From the IMG/VR virus record IMGVR_UViG_3300016667_000646, positions 1-25,760 of that record: a DNA stretch of 25,760 nt; one strand, given 5' to 3'. Of this stretch, positions 24,001-25,760 are shown piece after piece. Under the pieces are notes generated by a model. It searched no databases and was not told the origin of the DNA. It saw only the letters and a program-made list of their open reading frames with translations. Position 1 is the first letter of the stretch. Each line of letters begins with the position of its first letter. The translations under genes and the position numbers were made by a program. The DNA comes from a virus (taxonomy: Duplodnaviria > Caudoviricetes).

Positions 24001-25435
24001 CGGTGACTTCGCCGCTGAAGGCCTTGCCTTTCGGCGAGCCTTGAGCGCGGTAAAGCAGCGAGCCACCGGAGTCGATGCGCGTCGCGACACCGTCGACTAC
24101 GACGATGTTGTCGTACGTAAGGCCGGCGACGTCCCAGTTTGCCAGCCACGCGTCTACGACAAAGTTCTCGCGGATCTCGGCGACGATGTCCGGGTCTGCG
24201 TTCGGGCCGTCTAGTACATCGCTAAGAGACTGGAACGTGTCACCGGTCAGGAACACGGACCCGATCGTGCGTGGGTCAGTGCCGAAGTGCACTTCAGGTC
24301 GCGGGACACCGGCCAGCTCGTACAGCCGGTTCGCCAGTACTTCGTTCTTTACGTGGTCAGGCGTCTTGAGCTTCTTGACGTAGACGTCTGCGCCCTTTGC
24401 CGGCGCTGACTCTACTGCGTTGCGCAGAACCCCGGCAGCACGCGCGATGGCGTGGAACGGACCAAGGTCAGTGACAGTGCTAGCCGCCGAGTACACGGCT
24501 TCAGGATAAAGGAACCGGACTTTGTACTTGCGCGCAGAGACACCGCGCTCGGTCTGCATCTTTGCAAGCGCGGCTTTCATCTCTGGACTGCCGAACGACC
24601 CGAAGCTCTCGCCGGTCAGTACATCGACTACTTGAAAGTCGTTGAAAGACGACGAGTAGCTGTCAGTATCGCGCACAACCATCAGCACTCGGTGCGTAAG
24701 ATTCTTAGGGTCCGGTCCACTACCGCCCACTGGGATGATGATAAAGCCGCCGTGCTCTGGCAGTTTGTTCATCTTCGCGATCGAAGTCAAAGACTGGTAC
24801 TCTTTGAAGTCTCGAAGACCGCGCCGAGTGCCAGGAATCACAGTCGCCGGGTACTGCGAACCGCCCCAGTTACTTGGAGCCGGGAACACCGAGTCGGTGC
24901 CGTCGAACAGCTCGCTGCCTGTGATCAGCAGCGTCGACTCTTGCGGCGCAAGAAGCCCGAACTTGCCGCCGGGGTTCGACCCACCTTGGGGACCCGTGAC
25001 TTCCCAACTGTCGCTCGACGCACCGAGGTCCGGCAGGTCAAGACGCGCTTTCGGCTTTGGCAGCGAGTACAGTTTCTTCGACGCGTCGAAGTTCGAGAAG
25101 AAGTGAGCGGTTCCGTTTACTGTGTCGCGGACGCGCAGCACACCTTCATCATCAATGTCTTCGACGAAGCCGCGTACCCACTTGCCGTCAAGCAGGAACC
25201 TGACCCATCCGAACTTCTCGATGAACTTGCCGTCAGGCCCGCGCGGATGCAGCAGCGGGTTCCACTTCTTAGCGCCGGCAGTCAGGCCAAGCTTCTCGAA
25301 CTTGGCCAGCTTCTTGAGAGCGTACCAGCGAGTCGACTTGTCTGCAAGCAGCCGAGCAAGGTCTTCAGCGTTCGGCGTGTCGAGACGCGGAAGTTTGAAG
25401 TTGACGATCTCTCGGTCACGCATGAAGTCTGTCAT
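18077..25435 (-). CDS. Giant multidomain (polyvalent) protein: HPR motif, PI3/4K-HipA-like kinase domain, KOW/SH3-like repeats, putative ART-like C-terminal domain (~2452 aa)
   Basis: 7.4-kb uninterrupted ORF; the ATG at 25435 overlaps the upstream TGA (alternative start GTG 25450). Motifs: WNPLLHPRGPDGKF; GGSNPGG, YVK, NEVLA..LY, DAWLANWDV.G...DN, RIDSGGSL.YRAQG; C-terminal THS...GL...ER...D...G.GDRVY.R...NEYM.K. Confidence 0.85.
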   Translation of the reverse strand: MTDFMRDREIVNFKLPRLDTPNAEDLARLLADKSTRWYALKKLAKFEKLGLTAGAKKWNPLLHPRGPDGKFIEKFGWVRFLLDGKWVRGFVEDIDDEGVLRVRDTVNGTAHFFSNFDASKKLYSLPKPKARLDLPDLGASSDSWEVTGPQGGSNPGGKFGLLAPQESTLLITGSELFDGTDSVFPAPSNWGGSQYPATVIPGTRRGLRDFKEYQSLTSIAKMNKLPEHGGFIIIPVGGSGPDPKNLTHRVLMVVRDTDSYSSSFNDFQVVDVLTGESFGSFGSPEMKAALAKMQTERGVSARKYKVRFLYPEAVYSAASTVTDLGPFHAIARAAGVLRNAVESAPAKGADVYVKKLKTPDHVKNEVLANRLYELAGVPRPEVHFGTDPRTIGSVFLTGDTFQSLSDVLDGPNADPDIVAEIRENFVVDAWLANWDVAGLTYDNIVVVDGVATRIDSGGSLLYRAQGSPKGKAFSGEVTELETLRDKSVNAQSARVFGGITTEELQAGARKVAGIHPDTIKEYVEAHGLDESLALTLIARRAYIIDNVLDGQDPYSPDFTNVDKTGLENFSDEYLLEAATTLVNYAVSEGKEADFGQMLTVELERRNLLEKVAEAEKKAKELKAAGTDPLVPAVVADNPTETADLDTDEKVKIATEDAALQWLWDEKNGVWYRGDKDTEEWLEQATKALSDGIMGLQQFEGKSVAEVVSRDNMMSVDEMLDPETGVKPEFVGRMVLVGGHLFEVMGPGELAEPLVKDVLASPTVRMRDLVTDEVVDIPRSTFLSAQAVGMDKVHDHESFVATATLGLLLDPDEEEKELLDLLVADARQAAVNEFLRGYGSPDGALASRFQPTSNTWRRPLNLKEDGTPDGGDSVWVYGESSLGGVTFHAWDFLLEGTYSYYSTYSGGFSNPHSSRSLVVALPDSRAVPKVLYSSSKQSYYSTLKPYELFTQDGGKDSFGDLKAVKSLPPGSRVRIQPRTKWSSTEDVWEVTEDGRLRLVDLGNTTARRLWEAQEGSTSATQLFGGSDDTHKSYVDLPKGVKLVKTGKGTKTEVTWEGDFVIDIEDIDLSRSAPDVLPRVLEVTADTSPQPLALRRAKKERVKLIQDAEAALDSALTLAMTKQPSTVTEKEVFGTGEVPEAVRLAGEKASLPRPQDPLQGSPDAVDFTPEASGVSFIGVLDGTQIKPGMWVVLNPTSRRSNYARMPVRVTAVETEEIDGVVVFTKFEVETVTGRAISAEANAGYSSTLEFTDFATAIEGSDGLKRYSAESARIIRIAPPGVPSGPPTLKKDGTVVVDGMQVGTWQKDYYDGRSVTLDPRFTATGQPIKVEGYASKIRAAVQPYIVIPPAQAHEVAEKSAKAKAKKAAIVWKTGKLADGSKVETGMKVRYAIDGAEGVIVGSVHPSRNDYVFVKFDDGRMDIVDTAALVDISGPTEPVVKVDVPVGDLPEAVIEAMAKTPEKYVTADGNQPVIGMKVESGKSGKVIVGYITAINDAGYIKVKDEKTGKVMWRSIKVTKVIEAPGGGDIPAVAATAATLKSGKVEPDLQLAGVEVLQAPDKIAAYVEHGGVLTFDGYIPEVGLPVVDRSGTRLIIAKRQPNKNAVLVYDPEEPEKLKSRSVDMLTLDVASYNGDYGQIDNITFVFNGKTLELSSVPNGSSIYYVTEVGTKSKRGQTYVIAVTPDGRVWRSGVGWSNEPKWMSSGRAEDFFKGTYVGGNIQKLGVLVSTDDDNGVQIVFQPSSEKVSPILAVEPAGNAIDAVEVIAKKKQELAPKIVVEGGKVEELVPFTGGLDGADVPRGTFPEPPKVKSKKKKTVAGGAPAITGGKGDLTSKPAGMEGNSKVLSVVEAAEAVIMNTEDPKANGGVRYALMDERLVEDTLVRFQVVQGTDGTKYVEARFHLQEEASEALADQMFTSSSTQLGGWSMQGLVYPSELVEGDYISVSYSQEYGVLRPSSNSDVANARITSAPVLVGTSTRGSFPVYRAQVLLHTGEYAYIDLEQRDGASIAVIEWDPDLVISTSSGSWSLSEGASLAGWEQVANAIGSAYPSGIHVDENGVAHLSPSTEAGSNLSLSGQGVTVRRTLPDGTVVKFSGVASKHGTTSESSPRRNSMARDVRIRVPLEQYYQEGEGLDTEVFASAMSQALEAVGIPPESQVPPDAEQLARLAINKFNKQFSATFSHREKLDEKIDVISEDDATVKDALAKASSRIGLSGDDRITLKDIEYVVMEDGRVFPVISRRVAEAVTKKQGTRFFTHSLSGGVQQLTEILGGMTSTGLFGADERWSIGIATSGWSTSADASIGSGDRVYIRGRTSTTLGGSIVLSPIAVNRTLDGYFNNGDAWGRRSEQNRMAVATPTASNNEYMIKRKFDATQIGYILLAGADRDKLLTALKERGVTSIGGRPIEEIIVPAAKADDKFTSLGADLDVVVTVEDLLGLGDATEAAAGAEAAAAGGAV

Positions 25436-25760
25436 AGCCCGGTCACCCACTCGGGCGGACGGACACTGACACGGTTCTCAAAGTTGTCAGGCGTGATTGC
25501 AGCGTGTGCGACCACACCCATGCCGCAGTTGCACGGCGCCTTGGTGAAGTGGATGTCACGTCCGTCCGCCGTCGTGAACTTGGCGTTCTTGCCGGAGAAC
25601 GATGCAGACTCAAGCACGAACTCTTCGCGCTCTGCGGCAGAGCCGTTCGCGTACACGACGACAAGCCGCTTGTCTTCAAGCAGGTAGATCTTCGACTTTG
25701 ATCGCGCGCCAGCCGGAGTGATCGCACGGCCGACCGCGGTCAGCACCACTCGGTACTCTG
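25432..25760 (-). CDS. Hypothetical protein with CxCG motif, probably 5'-truncated
   Basis: The frame is open to the window edge (…EYRVVLTAVGR…). It contains APCNCG, and its stop is coupled to the giant gene start. Confidence 0.65.
   Translation of the reverse strand, partial: EYRVVLTAVGRAITPAGARSKSKIYLLEDKRLVVVYANGSAAEREEFVLESASFSGKNAKFTTADGRDIHFTKAPCNCGMGVVAHAAITPDNFENRVSVRPPEWVTGL

Noticed and set aside
24384-24960. Intein as the explanation for the kinase insertion
   Set aside because: No C/S-start block A, no terminal HN-[CST] and no LAGLIDADG motifs are visible.
216-25701. Numerous other plus-strand ORFs (e.g. 24452..25687, 15096..16001, 22839..23687, 1299..2063)
   Set aside because: All lie antisense to a gap-free, translationally coupled minus-strand operon and have mirror-image compositions.
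1-25760. tRNA, rRNA, integrase, transposase, terminase or portal genes
   Set aside because: No supporting motifs were seen, and the few intergenic gaps (110 bp or less) show no cloverleaf. The packaging genes probably lie beyond the right edge.

Overview
This is a high-GC tailed-phage (siphovirus-like, probably actinobacterial) virion structural operon, encoded entirely on the minus strand with frequent ATGA/TGATG overlaps. In transcription order (right to left) it contains: a 5'-truncated small ORF; a giant ~2450-aa multidomain protein (HPRxxxGxF motif, split PI3/4K-HipA-like kinase domain, KOW/SH3-like repeats, C-terminal ADP-ribosyltransferase-like domain); three head-associated hypotheticals, one with a histone-H1-like tail; the capsid maturation protease; a small ORF, a metallophosphoesterase and an r1t-type holin; the major capsid protein; the major tail protein; a membrane protein; the head-tail adaptor; a fibre module whose collagen/fibre gene is interrupted by one in-frame TAG; tail completion genes; a tail assembly chaperone with a probable -1 frameshift; the tape measure; and the start of a minor tail gene. 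The best new-system candidate is a set of protease-processed head cargo proteins, including a kinase+ART-like effector, that share an [AG]-hydrophobic-x-A-[AGS] junction motif. All product calls come from motif recognition and synteny, not from database searches.
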